NCBI GenBank assembly: GCA_049325295.1
Contig: JBMOMD010000021.1
Span: 87,560 to 151,559, forward strand
Reading direction: 5' to 3'
Source: Nitrospirota bacterium
Lineage (GTDB): Bacteria; Nitrospirota; Nitrospiria; 2-01-FULL-66-17
Length of the DNA: 64,000 nucleotides
Below, one piece after another: positions 1 through 9,267 of the stretch; within the stretch, counting starts at the first letter, position 1; the number at the start of each line of letters is the position of its first letter. The translations under genes were made by a program, and so were the position numbers. Below the pieces are notes generated by a model, which searched no databases, was not told the DNA's origin, and saw only the letters and a program-made list of their open reading frames with translations.

Positions 1-1151
1 ACGCCGTGGGCGCGTGGCAGTTCATGAAAGGCACCGGCCTCAAATACGGGCTGCGGATCGACTCGTACATCGACGAGCGGCGCGACGTCATCAAGTCCAC
101 GCACGCGGCGGCCCAGTATTTCAAGGACCTGTACGGGATGTTCAATTCGTGGCCCCTGGCGCTCGCGTCGTACAACGGCGGCGAAGGCCGGGTCGGGCGA
201 GCCATGAAGCGCACGAACGCGGAGGATTTTTGGGAACTTCGCGCCACGCGCCACCTGCACCCGGAAACGCGCAACTACGTCCCCAAGTTCATGGCCGCCA
301 CCATCATCGCGAAAAATCCCGCCAAATACGGATTCACCACCCAGTACGACCCGCCCCTGGTCTACGACGAGGTGGTGATCACCCGTCCGACCGACCTGCG
401 CGTGATCGCCAAAGTGGCGAGCGTGACCTACGGCGAGCTCAAACGTCTGAATCCGGAGTTGCGACAGAGCGTGACCCCGCTCGGGTACGAGGAGTACCGC
501 CTGAAACTCCCGGTCGGCACCAAGGCCGTGTTCGAGCAGAATTTCGCGAAACTTCCGGAATGGAGCAAGACGGTCTGGATGCGGCACAAGATCCGTCGCG
601 GCGAAACCCTCGCGTCGATCGCCCGCCAGTTCGGAACCTCGACGGCCGTGCTCCGCGACATGAATCCGCTCGCTGGCGACCGGCTTCGGGTGGGCGCCAC
701 CGTGCTGGTTCCCACCAGCCCGCGCTCGCCGCAGTACGCCGGCGCGCCGGCTCGTCCCGCCGCGTCGGCCCCGAAAACCACGTATCGCGTGCGGCGCGGC
801 GACACGTTGTGGCACATTTCGCAGAAGTTCGACGTCTCGCTCAGCGATCTGCGAGCCTGGAACGGGTTGAGCCGTCGCGACGGGATCCAGGCCGGGCAAC
901 GCCTCGTGCTTCACCCCACGTCCGACGCTTCGGCGCGCGTCAGGACCGTGGACCTGACGAACGCCCCCGCGCCGGCCAATCGCCCCAAACGGCTGACCTA
1001 CCGCGTGAAGCGAGGCGACACGCTCTGGGCCCTCTCGAAAAACTTCAACGTTCCGATCAGCGATATCCGCAAATGGAACGGATTGGGTCGCAAGAGCGGC
1101 ATCCGCACCGGGCAACGTCTCGTGCTCTACGTCAACGCGGAGCAGTCCTAA
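1..1151 (+). CDS. mltD: Lytic murein transglycosylase (SLT domain) with three C-terminal LysM repeats; 5' end cut by the window edge
   Basis: The ORF is open to the window start. It has the SLT-type motif 'ASYNGGEGRV' and three ~45-aa LysM repeats (e.g. 'YRVRRGDTLWHIS..', 'YRVKRGDTLWALS..'). Confidence 0.8.
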   Translation, partial: AVGAWQFMKGTGLKYGLRIDSYIDERRDVIKSTHAAAQYFKDLYGMFNSWPLALASYNGGEGRVGRAMKRTNAEDFWELRATRHLHPETRNYVPKFMAATIIAKNPAKYGFTTQYDPPLVYDEVVITRPTDLRVIAKVASVTYGELKRLNPELRQSVTPLGYEEYRLKLPVGTKAVFEQNFAKLPEWSKTVWMRHKIRRGETLASIARQFGTSTAVLRDMNPLAGDRLRVGATVLVPTSPRSPQYAGAPARPAASAPKTTYRVRRGDTLWHISQKFDVSLSDLRAWNGLSRRDGIQAGQRLVLHPTSDASARVRTVDLTNAPAPANRPKRLTYRVKRGDTLWALSKNFNVPISDIRKWNGLGRKSGIRTGQRLVLYVNAEQS

Positions 1152-1291
1152 CCGCCCCCCCTCGAGCTCCGCGTCCGACGAGTTCTTTCCCGGGCAGACA
1201 CTCCGCGGAGCGCCGCGCGTTCCGTTGCGCCCACGTTGCGCCTGGGCCGTTAAACCCCGTATACTGACCAGCCGATCCAGGGAGCGCGTAC

Positions 1292-1885
1292 GTGCAGCGG
1301 ATTTTGTTTTTCGACATCGAAACCGTGCCCACCGAGCACGGGTTCACGCACGGCAAACCTCGAGGCCCGGAGGAGAGCGAGGAGCAGTACCTCAAGCGGC
1401 TCTCGTTGTCCGCGCTCACCGCGCGGGTATTGTGCGTGGGGTACGCGCTGGAGCCGCCCGTGGACGCGCCCGCGCGGATTCTGGCGGGGGACGAGGCCTC
1501 GGTCCTCAAGGAGTTTTGGGGGCTGGCCGAGCGCGCGGAGCTGTTCGTGGGACACAATGTGTTGGACTTTGATCTGAAATTTATCGTGCAGCGCTCCACG
1601 ATTCATCGGATCAAGCCCAGCCGCGAGATCCCGTTCGCGCGGTTTCGCAGCGCACCCGTGTTCGACACCATGCAGGAATGGTCGCGTTGGGGCCGCGACG
1701 GCGCCAGTCTCGATGCGCTGGCGGTGGCCCTGGGCCTGGCGTCGCCCAAGGACGGGATGGACGGCTCCAAAGTGTATCCCGCGTTCGTGGCCGGCAAGTT
1801 GGAGGAGATCTACCGGTACTGCCGCGGCGACGTGGACACGGTGCGCCAGATCTATCGGCGGTTGAAATTTACGGAAGGGAGTTAG
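1292..1885 (+). CDS. RNase H-fold 3'-5' exonuclease (PolB-exonuclease-like)
   Basis: GTG start. N-terminal 'ILFFDIETVP' (Exo I DxE motif) and a later 'GHNVLDFDLKF' motif are typical of DEDD exonucleases. The stop abuts the ettA start. Confidence 0.6.
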   Translation: MQRILFFDIETVPTEHGFTHGKPRGPEESEEQYLKRLSLSALTARVLCVGYALEPPVDAPARILAGDEASVLKEFWGLAERAELFVGHNVLDFDLKFIVQRSTIHRIKPSREIPFARFRSAPVFDTMQEWSRWGRDGASLDALAVALGLASPKDGMDGSKVYPAFVAGKLEEIYRYCRGDVDTVRQIYRRLKFTEGS

Positions 1886-3565
1886 ATGGCGACGTATCAG
1901 TACATCTTCACGATGCACAAGGTGACCAAGGTGGTCCCGCCCAAGCGCAAGATCCTGGAGGACATCTCGCTCTCGTTTTATCCCGGGGCCAAAATCGGGG
2001 TGCTGGGGTTGAACGGCTCGGGCAAGTCCACGCTGCTGCGGATCATGGCGGGCGCGGACCCCGATTTTTTGGGCGAAGCCAAGCCGGCCAAGGGCATCAA
2101 GATCGGGTACCTGCCTCAGGAGCCGCAACTCAACCTCTCGAAGGACGTGCGCGGTAATGTCGAGGAGGGCGTGGCCGAGGTCAAAGGGTTGTTGGACGAG
2201 TTCAACGCGGTGAGCGCCAAGCTGGGCGAACCCATGTCCGACGACGCCATGGCCGCGTTGCTGGACAAACAGTCCGCGCTCCAGGAAAAGATCGACGCGG
2301 CCAATGCCTGGGAGCTGGACCGGCAGTTGGAAATCGCGGGCGATGCCTTGCGCCTGCCGTCGTGGGACGCGAACGTGGAAAAACTCTCGGGCGGGGAAAA
2401 ACGGCGCGTGGCGTTGTGCCGGCTGCTCCTGTCCAACCCCGACATGTTGCTATTGGACGAGCCCACCAATCACTTGGACGCGGAATCCGTGGCCTGGTTG
2501 GAGCGGTTCCTCAAGGACTTTAAGGGCACCGTGGTGGCGGTGACGCACGATCGGTATTTCCTGGACAACGTGGCGGGTTGGATCTTGGAATTGGATCGCG
2601 GCCGCGGGATTCCGTGGGAAGGCAACTACTCCTCCTGGCTGGATCAGAAGGCGGTCCGGCTCGCGCAGGAGGAAAAACAAGAGTCCGCGCGCCAGCGCGC
2701 CCTCAAACACGAGTTGGAATGGGTGCGCACCGCGCCCAAGGGTCGTCACGCCAAGAGCAAGGCGCGCCTCAAAGCCTATGAGGAGCTCGCGTCGCAGGAA
2801 TTCACCACGCGCGGCGAGACCAAGGACATCATGATCCCGCCGGGTCCACGCCTGGGCGAACTGGTCATCGAGGTCAAGGATCTGGTCAAGGGATTTCGCG
2901 ACCGGCTGTTGATCGACGGCCTGAGCTTTTCGCTCCCGCGTGGCGGGATCGTGGGCATCATCGGTCCCAACGGCGCGGGCAAAACCACGCTCTTTCGGAT
3001 GCTGGCGGGCCAGGACAAGCCCGACGGCGGTTCGATCAAGGTCGGCGACACCGTGAAGCTGGCGTACGTGGATCAGTCGCGCGACGCCTTGGACGGCGCC
3101 AAAACCGTGTTCGACGAGATTTCCGGCGGCCAAGACGTGATCATGATCGGCAAACGCGAGCTTGCCGCGCGCGCGTACGTGGGCGGATTCAATTTCAAGA
3201 ACACGGACCAGCAAAAACTCGTGAAGGAACTTTCCGGCGGCGAACGCAACCGCGTCCATCTCGCCAAGCTGCTCAAGAGCGGCGGGAACGTGCTGCTGTT
3301 GGATGAGCCCAGCAACGACCTGGACGTCGAAACCCTGCGCGCGGTGGAAGAGGCGTTGTTGGACTTCGCGGGCTGCGTGTTGGTGATCAGCCACGACCGC
3401 TGGTTCCTGGACCGGATCGCCACGCACATTCTGGCGTTCGAAGGCGACAGCCGCGTGGTGTGGTTCGAGGGCAACTACCTGGAGTACGAGGCGGATCGGC
3501 ACAAGCGCCTCGGCGCGGAAGCCGACCAGCCGCACCGGATCAAGTACCGACCGCTCACGCGGTGA
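1886..3565 (+). CDS. ettA: Energy-dependent translational throttle protein EttA (ABC-F ATPase)
   Basis: 559 aa with two ABC cassettes (Walker A 'GLNGSGKST' and 'GPNGAGKTT', two 'LSGGE' signatures). The N-terminus '[16 protein letters not shown]' is characteristic of EttA/YjjK. Confidence 0.9.
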   Translation: MATYQYIFTMHKVTKVVPPKRKILEDISLSFYPGAKIGVLGLNGSGKSTLLRIMAGADPDFLGEAKPAKGIKIGYLPQEPQLNLSKDVRGNVEEGVAEVKGLLDEFNAVSAKLGEPMSDDAMAALLDKQSALQEKIDAANAWELDRQLEIAGDALRLPSWDANVEKLSGGEKRRVALCRLLLSNPDMLLLDEPTNHLDAESVAWLERFLKDFKGTVVAVTHDRYFLDNVAGWILELDRGRGIPWEGNYSSWLDQKAVRLAQEEKQESARQRALKHELEWVRTAPKGRHAKSKARLKAYEELASQEFTTRGETKDIMIPPGPRLGELVIEVKDLVKGFRDRLLIDGLSFSLPRGGIVGIIGPNGAGKTTLFRMLAGQDKPDGGSIKVGDTVKLAYVDQSRDALDGAKTVFDEISGGQDVIMIGKRELAARAYVGGFNFKNTDQQKLVKELSGGERNRVHLAKLLKSGGNVLLLDEPSNDLDVETLRAVEEALLDFAGCVLVISHDRWFLDRIATHILAFEGDSRVVWFEGNYLEYEADRHKRLGAEADQPHRIKYRPLTR

Positions 3566-3585
3566 GACCCGTGCGAAGAGTGGTG

Positions 3586-3631
3586 TTCGTTGATCGTTGC
3601 TGGTTGGAGGTCACGAACAACGAACAACGAA
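3586..3631 (+). terminator. Terminator-like hairpin downstream of ettA
   Basis: 14-nt arms TTCGTTGATCGTTG / CAACGAACAACGAA with one mismatch, followed by a T-rich stretch (ctgtttgtt). Confidence 0.35.
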
Positions 3632-3649
3632 GAACTGTTTGTTAACCCA

Positions 3650-3835
3650 ATGAAAATGCTCAAGGTCAGCCGGGGCTCATTGTTTATCTGCGACACCTGC
3701 TATCACATCATTGAAGAGTCGGGCCAGATCGAGGGCGAGCGAGCGACGTCCGACGCGGTGATCGCCGAGTTGTGTCCCAACTGCGAAGATCAGAACAAGC
3801 CGCTGTTGGACGACTTGCTGGGCAGCGAGGAATAA
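3650..3835 (+). CDS. Small zinc-ribbon protein (61 aa), function unknown
   Basis: Internal ATG of ORF 3590..3835. It has two CxxC pairs ('CDTCYH', 'CPNCED') and an acidic C-terminus. The 5' part has lower GC than its surroundings. Confidence 0.4.
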   Translation: MKMLKVSRGSLFICDTCYHIIEESGQIEGERATSDAVIAELCPNCEDQNKPLLDDLLGSEE

Positions 3836-3865
3836 CGATCCTGCCGTCGCGCGAGTTTCGATTTC

Positions 3866-3894
3866 TTGATTCACCCCGGGTCTCTTGCTATTCT
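3866..3894 (+). promoter_or_regulatory. Candidate sigma70-type promoter upstream of queE
   Basis: TTGATT, 17-nt spacer, TATTCT, located 43 nt upstream of the queE ATG. Confidence 0.35.
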
Positions 3895-3936
3895 GACTCA
3901 CCTGCCGACGGCGTCGGGACGCCGCGTCGGGCCACC

Positions 3937-4572
3937 ATGCGCGTCACCGAGATCTTCCACAGCATTCAGGGCGAATCCACCTACGCGGGCCTGCCGTGCG
4001 CGTTCGTGCGCGTGACGGGTTGTCCCCTGCGATGCATCTGGTGCGACACCGCGTACGCGTTCCACGACGGCGACGAAATGAGTCTGGATCAGATCATCGC
4101 GCGCGTGCGGGCCTTCGGGTCGCGGCTGGTGGAGATCACGGGCGGCGAGCCGCTGCATGACCCCGCGGCGTTCGAGTTGATCACGCGGCTGGCGGACGCG
4201 GGCTTCACCGTGCTGGTGGAGACCAGCGGCGCCATCGACATCGCGCCGGTGGACCCACGCGCCGTGATCATCATGGATCTGAAGTGTCCCGGCAGCGGGA
4301 TGGCCGACCGCAACCTCTGGAGCAATCTCGATCGTCTGAAACCCGGCGACCAAGTCAAATTCGTGCTCAAGGACCGGGACGATTACCTGTGGGCTCGCGA
4401 CGTGTTGGCGCGCACGCGGGTCCACGAGCGGCAGGCGATCTTGTTCTCCCCGGTGTTCGGGGAGCTGGATCCGAAAGGGCTCGCGGAATGGATGTTGGAG
4501 GATCACGTCTCCGCGCGACTTCAACTGCAACTGCACAAACTGATTTGGGATCCCGCCGCGCGCGGCGTGTAG
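3937..4572 (+). CDS. queE: 7-carboxy-7-deazaguanine synthase (radical SAM)
   Basis: Internal ATG 'MRVTEIFHSIQGES' with the cluster motif 'CPLRCIWCDT', a typical QueE N-terminus. The upstream part of ORF 3772.. looks non-coding. Confidence 0.85.
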   Translation: MRVTEIFHSIQGESTYAGLPCAFVRVTGCPLRCIWCDTAYAFHDGDEMSLDQIIARVRAFGSRLVEITGGEPLHDPAAFELITRLADAGFTVLVETSGAIDIAPVDPRAVIIMDLKCPGSGMADRNLWSNLDRLKPGDQVKFVLKDRDDYLWARDVLARTRVHERQAILFSPVFGELDPKGLAEWMLEDHVSARLQLQLHKLIWDPAARGV

Positions 4573-4597
4573 CGGGTCGTCCTACCACAGGAGGGAT

Positions 4598-6163
4598 ATG
4601 ACGCGACCGATCACAGTAAAGACCGGGTCGATTCGGCAGGCCACGGAAGACGCGGTGGTGGTATTCCGCAACCAAGGCGGAGAAGCCCCCGAGTTTTTTG
4701 CCGCCGTCGGCAGGGCGGTGGGACCCTCGTTCGCGCAAGCGCTCGCCGGAGCCGGATTTGAAGGCAAGGCGAGTCAGGCGGTCCTGATGCACACCGCGGG
4801 ACGCATCAAACCGCGTGTGGTGGTGGCGGTGGGGCTCGGCCCGCGCGAGGGCATGGGGCCGGAGCGCGTACGGCAGGCCGCGGCGCGCGCGGTGCAACGC
4901 GCGCGGGACGCGGGGTGCGAGCGCGTGGCGTTCGACGCCGCGATCGGCGACGACGCCGAGGCGACAACGCGCGCGTGCGTCGAGGGCGCCGTCATGGGGT
5001 TGTATCGTTTCACACGTTATAAGACCGATCGCGGCAACAACGGGCGCGAGGTCAAGGCCTTGGTCTGTTACATCGGCTCGGGGGACTTGGCGGCCGCGAA
5101 AGCCGGCGCGCGCCGCGGCGCGATCGTGGCCGAGAGCGTGAACCACGTCCGCGACCTGGGGAACCTTCCCGCGAACGTGGCGACGCCCACGTATATCGCG
5201 GACCGCGCCCGCGCCATGGCGCGGGCGAACAAATTGACGTGCGAGGTCATCGACCGCAAGGGCATGGAGCGCCTGGGCATGGGCGCGCTGCTGGGCGTGG
5301 CGCGCGGCAGCATGGAACCGCCCAAGTTCATCATCCTTCGGTACGACGGCGGCAAACGCGCCGGCGCGTCGGACCGTCCCATCGCCCTGATCGGCAAAAC
5401 CATCACGTTCGACAGCGGCGGCATTTCGCTCAAACCCGCGGACAAGATGGAGCAGATGAAAAGCGACATGATGGGCGGGGCCGGCGTGTTATCGGTCATG
5501 GAGGCCGCGGCCAAACTGGCGCTCCCGATTTCGATCGTCGGGCTGTTGCCCGCCACCGAGAACATGCCGAGCGGGACCGCGATCAAACCCGGCGACGTGG
5601 TGACCGCGATGTCGGGCACCACGGTGGAAGTCATCAACACCGACGCGGAAGGCCGGCTGATCCTGGCGGACGCCTTGGCCTACGCGGTCAAACGCTTCCA
5701 GCCCAGGTTGATGGTGGACATCGCCACGTTGACCGGCGCGTGCTCCATCGCACTGGGCCAACACGCGATCGGCTTGCTCGGGACGGACGAGCCGCTCATC
5801 GACCGGCTGCGTCGGGCCGCGGACGACTCGGGCGAACGCGTGTGGCAGTTGCCGCTGTGGGAGGAGTACTACGAGCAAATCAAAAGCGACGTGGCCGACC
5901 TCAAGAACACGGGCGGCCGCGCCGCCGGGACCATCACCGCCGCGGCGTTCCTCAGCAAATTCGTGGCCAAGACCCCATGGGCGCACCTGGACATCGCGGG
6001 CACCATGTGGAGCGACGACGCGCGCCATTACGTGACCAAGGGCCCCACCGGCGCGGGCGTGCGCTTGCTCATTCAGTTCTTGATCGACGAAGCGGGGAAC
6101 ACGCGCGCGCCGAAACCGCGCGCGAGGACGCGGGCCGGACGCCGGACCACGGCGCGGCGATGA
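4598..6163 (+). CDS. pepA: Leucyl aminopeptidase (M17)
   Basis: M17 signature 'NTDAEGRLILADAL' and 'GKTITFDSGG'. It has an Arg-rich C-terminal tail, and its stop overlaps the nagZ start (ATGA). Confidence 0.9.
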   Translation: MTRPITVKTGSIRQATEDAVVVFRNQGGEAPEFFAAVGRAVGPSFAQALAGAGFEGKASQAVLMHTAGRIKPRVVVAVGLGPREGMGPERVRQAAARAVQRARDAGCERVAFDAAIGDDAEATTRACVEGAVMGLYRFTRYKTDRGNNGREVKALVCYIGSGDLAAAKAGARRGAIVAESVNHVRDLGNLPANVATPTYIADRARAMARANKLTCEVIDRKGMERLGMGALLGVARGSMEPPKFIILRYDGGKRAGASDRPIALIGKTITFDSGGISLKPADKMEQMKSDMMGGAGVLSVMEAAAKLALPISIVGLLPATENMPSGTAIKPGDVVTAMSGTTVEVINTDAEGRLILADALAYAVKRFQPRLMVDIATLTGACSIALGQHAIGLLGTDEPLIDRLRRAADDSGERVWQLPLWEEYYEQIKSDVADLKNTGGRAAGTITAAAFLSKFVAKTPWAHLDIAGTMWSDDARHYVTKGPTGAGVRLLIQFLIDEAGNTRAPKPRARTRAGRRTTARR

Positions 6164-7233
6164 ACCTCAAGGAAAAACTCGCGCAGCTCATCATGGTCGG
6201 GTTCGAAGGCCCGCGCCTCAACCCGTCGATCACGCGACTGGTGAAAACCACGCGCGTGGGCGGGGTCATTCTGTTCCGGCGCAACGTGACGACCCCGGAG
6301 CAGGTGCTCACGCTGACGCGCGGGCTGCAACGGCTCGCGCCCAAAGCGCCGTTGTTCGTGGCCATCGATCAGGAAGGCGGCCGCGTGAGCCGGCTGCCGC
6401 CTCCGTTCACGCAGTTTCCCCCAGCCGCGACGTTGGGCGCGCGCAAAGCGGTGGCGCTCACCTACGCGACCGGCGAGATCATGGGCCGCGAGCTGGCCGC
6501 GGTCGGGGTCAACATGAACATGGCGCCGGTGTTGGACGTGAACACCAACGCGGCCAATCCGATCATCGGCGATCGCGCGTTCGGCGACAGCCCCATGATC
6601 GTGGAGGAACACGGATTGGCCCTGATGGTGGGGCTCCAAGACCACGGGGTGATCGCCTGCGCGAAACATTTTCCCGGACACGGAGCGACCTCCGCCGATT
6701 CGCACCTGGAACTACCCGAGGTGGACGTCTCGCTTCGCCAACTCGAGCGGATCCACTTGCGTCCCTTCGAGCACGCCATCGCCAACCGGCTCGCGGCGTT
6801 GATGACGGCTCACGTCCGCTATCCCGCCCTGGACGCGAAAACGCCGGCCACGTTGTCCAAAAAGATCGTCACCGGGCTGCTGCGGCGCGCGATGGGGTTC
6901 GACGGGGTGGTGATCACCGACGATCTGGAGATGAAGGCGATCGCGGATCGCCACGACGCGGGAGATGCCGCGCTCAAGGCGTTTTTGGCCGGGGCGGACG
7001 TGCTGCTGTTCTGCCGTGATCAGGACGCGCCGGAACAGGCGATCGAGGCGCTGGCCGGTGCGGTCAAACGCGGGCGCTTGACCGAGGAGAGGATCGACCA
7101 GTCTTTGAACCGCATCCTGCGGCTCAAAGAGCGGTTTCTGCTCGGGGTGAAACCGCCGACCAAGTCACGGCTTCACGAGATCGTGGGGTGCGACGCGCAC
7201 CGTCACCTGATCGAGCGGATCCAGACTTCGTAA
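6160..7233 (+). CDS. nagZ: Beta-N-acetylhexosaminidase (GH3)
   Basis: Starts at 'MNLKEKLAQLIMVGF'. It has the GH3 motif 'KHFPGHGATSADSH'. The long N-terminal extension of ORF 5239.. overlaps pepA and is rejected. Confidence 0.85.
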   Translation: MNLKEKLAQLIMVGFEGPRLNPSITRLVKTTRVGGVILFRRNVTTPEQVLTLTRGLQRLAPKAPLFVAIDQEGGRVSRLPPPFTQFPPAATLGARKAVALTYATGEIMGRELAAVGVNMNMAPVLDVNTNAANPIIGDRAFGDSPMIVEEHGLALMVGLQDHGVIACAKHFPGHGATSADSHLELPEVDVSLRQLERIHLRPFEHAIANRLAALMTAHVRYPALDAKTPATLSKKIVTGLLRRAMGFDGVVITDDLEMKAIADRHDAGDAALKAFLAGADVLLFCRDQDAPEQAIEALAGAVKRGRLTEERIDQSLNRILRLKERFLLGVKPPTKSRLHEIVGCDAHRHLIERIQTS

Positions 7234-7273
7234 ACGAGAAGACCGGGGCGGTCGTGCCCCCGGAACAGGCGGG

Positions 7274-7498
7274 TTACTTGCGCTTGGACGCCTTGCCCGT
7301 CAGCAACCAGTCCACGCTGACCTTGCCGAAGTCCGAGATGCGGAGCAGGAGTTCCGGGTTCGGCACGCGGCCCCGTTCGTACCGGCTGATGTAATTTTGC
7401 TTCTTCACGCCGATGGCTTTGGCGAACTCGGTCTGGGTCATCGACCCTCGAATCTCCCTGATTCGTTGACCAACCTGGGTGGGTGAATACTTCTGCAT
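7274..7498 (-). CDS. XRE-family helix-turn-helix transcriptional regulator (74 aa)
   Basis: 'VGQRIREIRGSMTQTEFAKAIGVKKQNYISRYERG' is a classic HTH_3/XRE motif. A GAGGAGG Shine-Dalgarno lies 6 nt before the ATG. The rest of ORF 7274..8041 overlaps rluD in another frame. Confidence 0.75.
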   Translation of the reverse strand: MQKYSPTQVGQRIREIRGSMTQTEFAKAIGVKKQNYISRYERGRVPNPELLLRISDFGKVSVDWLLTGKASKRK

Positions 7499-7557
7499 AG
7501 CCGACCTCCTCATGACCGCAATATGCTGACCGCGGATATACACAATCGCGCTGTCCG

Positions 7558-7587
7558 AGTATAGCGAACGCTCGAAAAGCAAGTCAA
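7558..7587 (-). promoter_or_regulatory. Candidate sigma70 promoter for the XRE gene
   Basis: On the minus strand: TTGACT, 18-nt spacer, TATACT. The leader contains a direct repeat TGACCGC x2 (7513-7519 and 7527-7533 on the plus strand). Confidence 0.45.
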
Positions 7588-7592
7588 GACGA

Positions 7593-8576
7593 TCAGGGCG
7601 CGAAACGGCGGGCGGAGGCCGCCAGCACGCGCCGCGCGGCCGCCATGTCCTCCGGCAACGGGGCCGTGAACACCATCGGGCGTCCGCTGATCGGGTGGAG
7701 AAATCCCAACTGTTGGGCGTGCAGGAGTTGGCGTCGAACCGGCACGTCGGGCGGCGGGACCCCGCGGCGGCCCCCGTAGACCGAGTCTCCCAACACGGGA
7801 TACCCCAGGTGGGCCATGTGGACGCGGATCTGGTGCGTGCGTCCGGTCTCCAACGTGATCGCGACCGAGGTCGCGCGTCCGAACCGTTCCACCACCTCAT
7901 AATGGCTGACCGCGGTTCGGGGACTGGTGGTACGGGCCGAAATCTTCTTGCGTTCCCACACGTCCCGGCCGATGGCCAGATCAATGGTGCCTTTGCGCGG
8001 CCGCACGTCGCCCGCCACGATCGCCAGGTACCGCCTGGCAATGCTGTGGATCTTGAATTGGCGCATGAGCCCGGTGTGCGCGGCGTCGTGTTTGGCCACC
8101 ACCAACAATCCGGAGGTGTCCTTGTCCAATCGATGGACGATCCCGGGTCGCGCCTTGCCGCCGATTCCGGCCAAGTCGCGGCAGTGGTGCAGGAGCGCGT
8201 TGACCAGGGTCCCGGACGCGTGGCCCGGCGCCGGGTGCACGACCAACCCGGGGGGCTTGTTTAGGATCAACAAATCATCGTCCTCGTATACGACCTCGAT
8301 CGGGATGGGTTCGGCGCTGATTTCCACCGGCTGCGGCGGCGGGTGATGGATGACGATCCGGTCGCCGGGTCGAATGAGGTACGATGCCTTGGTGGGACGG
8401 TCGTTGACCAGGATGAGACCGTCTTCAATACCGCGTTGGATGCGCGAGCGCGACACGGGCAGGCCCTGGCGCGCGAGAAATCGATCGATACGTTCCGAAG
8501 CCTCGCCCCCGGAGACGGTGATCTCGGTCACGGCGTCAGTGGACTCGCGAGCCTGCCCGTCGGCGTGTCCCCCCAT
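7593..8576 (-). CDS. rluD: 23S rRNA pseudouridine synthase, RluD family
   Basis: An S4-like N-terminus ('RIDRFLARQG..SRSRIQ') and the catalytic motif 'HRLDKDTSGLLVVAK'. No clear SD at 8576, so the start is uncertain. Confidence 0.85.
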   Translation of the reverse strand: MGGHADGQARESTDAVTEITVSGGEASERIDRFLARQGLPVSRSRIQRGIEDGLILVNDRPTKASYLIRPGDRIVIHHPPPQPVEISAEPIPIEVVYEDDDLLILNKPPGLVVHPAPGHASGTLVNALLHHCRDLAGIGGKARPGIVHRLDKDTSGLLVVAKHDAAHTGLMRQFKIHSIARRYLAIVAGDVRPRKGTIDLAIGRDVWERKKISARTTSPRTAVSHYEVVERFGRATSVAITLETGRTHQIRVHMAHLGYPVLGDSVYGGRRGVPPPDVPVRRQLLHAQQLGFLHPISGRPMVFTAPLPEDMAAARRVLAASARRFAP

Positions 8577-8607
8577 GGTTTAGGGGCCTGTCTGAATATC
8601 CCAGTTT

Positions 8608-8734
8608 GGCGCCTGGTCAGGGAAAGACAGATGCAAGGCGGAGGGAGGATCTTGCGCGCGGAGCGTACTGGGTCGTACGTGAGCACGCAAGACCGACCGA
8701 CAACGCCGCAGATGGCTTTCCATGGCCAGGCGCC
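8608..8734 (-). ncRNA. Unclassified structured intergenic element, copy A (four predicted helices)
   Basis: It shares three invariant blocks with 34815-34939 (opposite DNA strand). Helices P1-P3 differ in sequence but remain complementary. See findings. Confidence 0.55.
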
Positions 8735-9267
8735 TAGGGGCGGGCGGCTTGGCGCGCGTCGGGCTGGCGGTGCAGGAGCGCGTGGCCTAATAACATCACC
8801 ATGCCCACCGTGATGCCGGAGTCCGCGACGTTGAACACCGGCCAGTGGTATGGGCCGACGTAGAGGTCGATGAAGTCGATCACTTCGCCGTAGCGGACGC
8901 GGTCGATCAAATTGCCGATCGCGCCCCCGAGGATCAGCGACAGTGAGGTGACGCTCCACCAATCCCCGCGTTCCACGCGGCGGAGAAAGATGCTGATGAG
9001 GACCAACGCCACGACCGACACGATCAGAAAAAACCACGTGCGAAACGTGGGGTGCGCGTCCGCGAACAGGCTGAACGCTGCGCCGGGGTTACGGGTGTAG
9101 GTGAGATTGATCGAGGGGATGATCGGGATCGACTCGTGCAGGGTCATGGCGCGTTGGACCACGGATTTGGCCGCTTGGTCCGCAAGCACGATCAGCGCGG
9201 CGATCCCGGACGCCCACACGCCGGGCCGCCACGGGCGGGCGGCGTGGGAGCGCTCGTGTCCGCTCAT
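8734..9267 (-). CDS. lspA: Lipoprotein signal peptidase II
   Basis: 'NTGAAFS'-like 'NPGAAFSLF', 'GGAIGNLIDR' and 'FNVADSGITVG' motifs. The ATG overlaps the ileS stop (ATGA). The rest of ORF 8734..9999 is antisense noise. Confidence 0.85.
   Translation of the reverse strand: MSGHERSHAARPWRPGVWASGIAALIVLADQAAKSVVQRAMTLHESIPIIPSINLTYTRNPGAAFSLFADAHPTFRTWFFLIVSVVALVLISIFLRRVERGDWWSVTSLSLILGGAIGNLIDRVRYGEVIDFIDLYVGPYHWPVFNVADSGITVGMVMLLGHALLHRQPDARQAARP

Noticed and set aside
3836-3936. A preQ1 riboswitch upstream of queE.
   Set aside because: I could not find the conserved preQ1-I/II loop sequences or an A-rich tail. Only a promoter-like TTGATT-17-TATTCT and a weak GC hairpin are present.
5239-6159. 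The N-terminal 307 residues of ORF 5239..7233, which would make NagZ a 664-aa protein.
   Set aside because: This part overlaps pepA in another frame and is low-complexity (R/G/H-rich). The GH3 domain begins at the ATG at 6160, which forms an ATGA overlap with the pepA stop.
7499-8041. The upstream 181 codons of ORF 7274..8041, and the analogous extensions of 8734..9999 (lspA) and 40824..41867 (OB-fold protein).
   Set aside because: The extensions overlap better-supported genes (rluD, ileS, dedA) and lack protein-like composition. The internal ATGs with signal peptides or SD sequences give proteins of the expected size.
8343-8813. ORFs 8343..8813 and 33617..34969 share the peptide stretch 'ERTGSYV..TTPQMA.HGQA', which at first looked like a duplicated small protein.
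   Set aside because: The similarity is confined to ~125 nt. The variable parts change as complementary nucleotide pairs rather than as synonymous or conservative codon changes, and both ORFs are otherwise antisense or intergenic noise. I reinterpreted this as a structured non-coding element (see findings).
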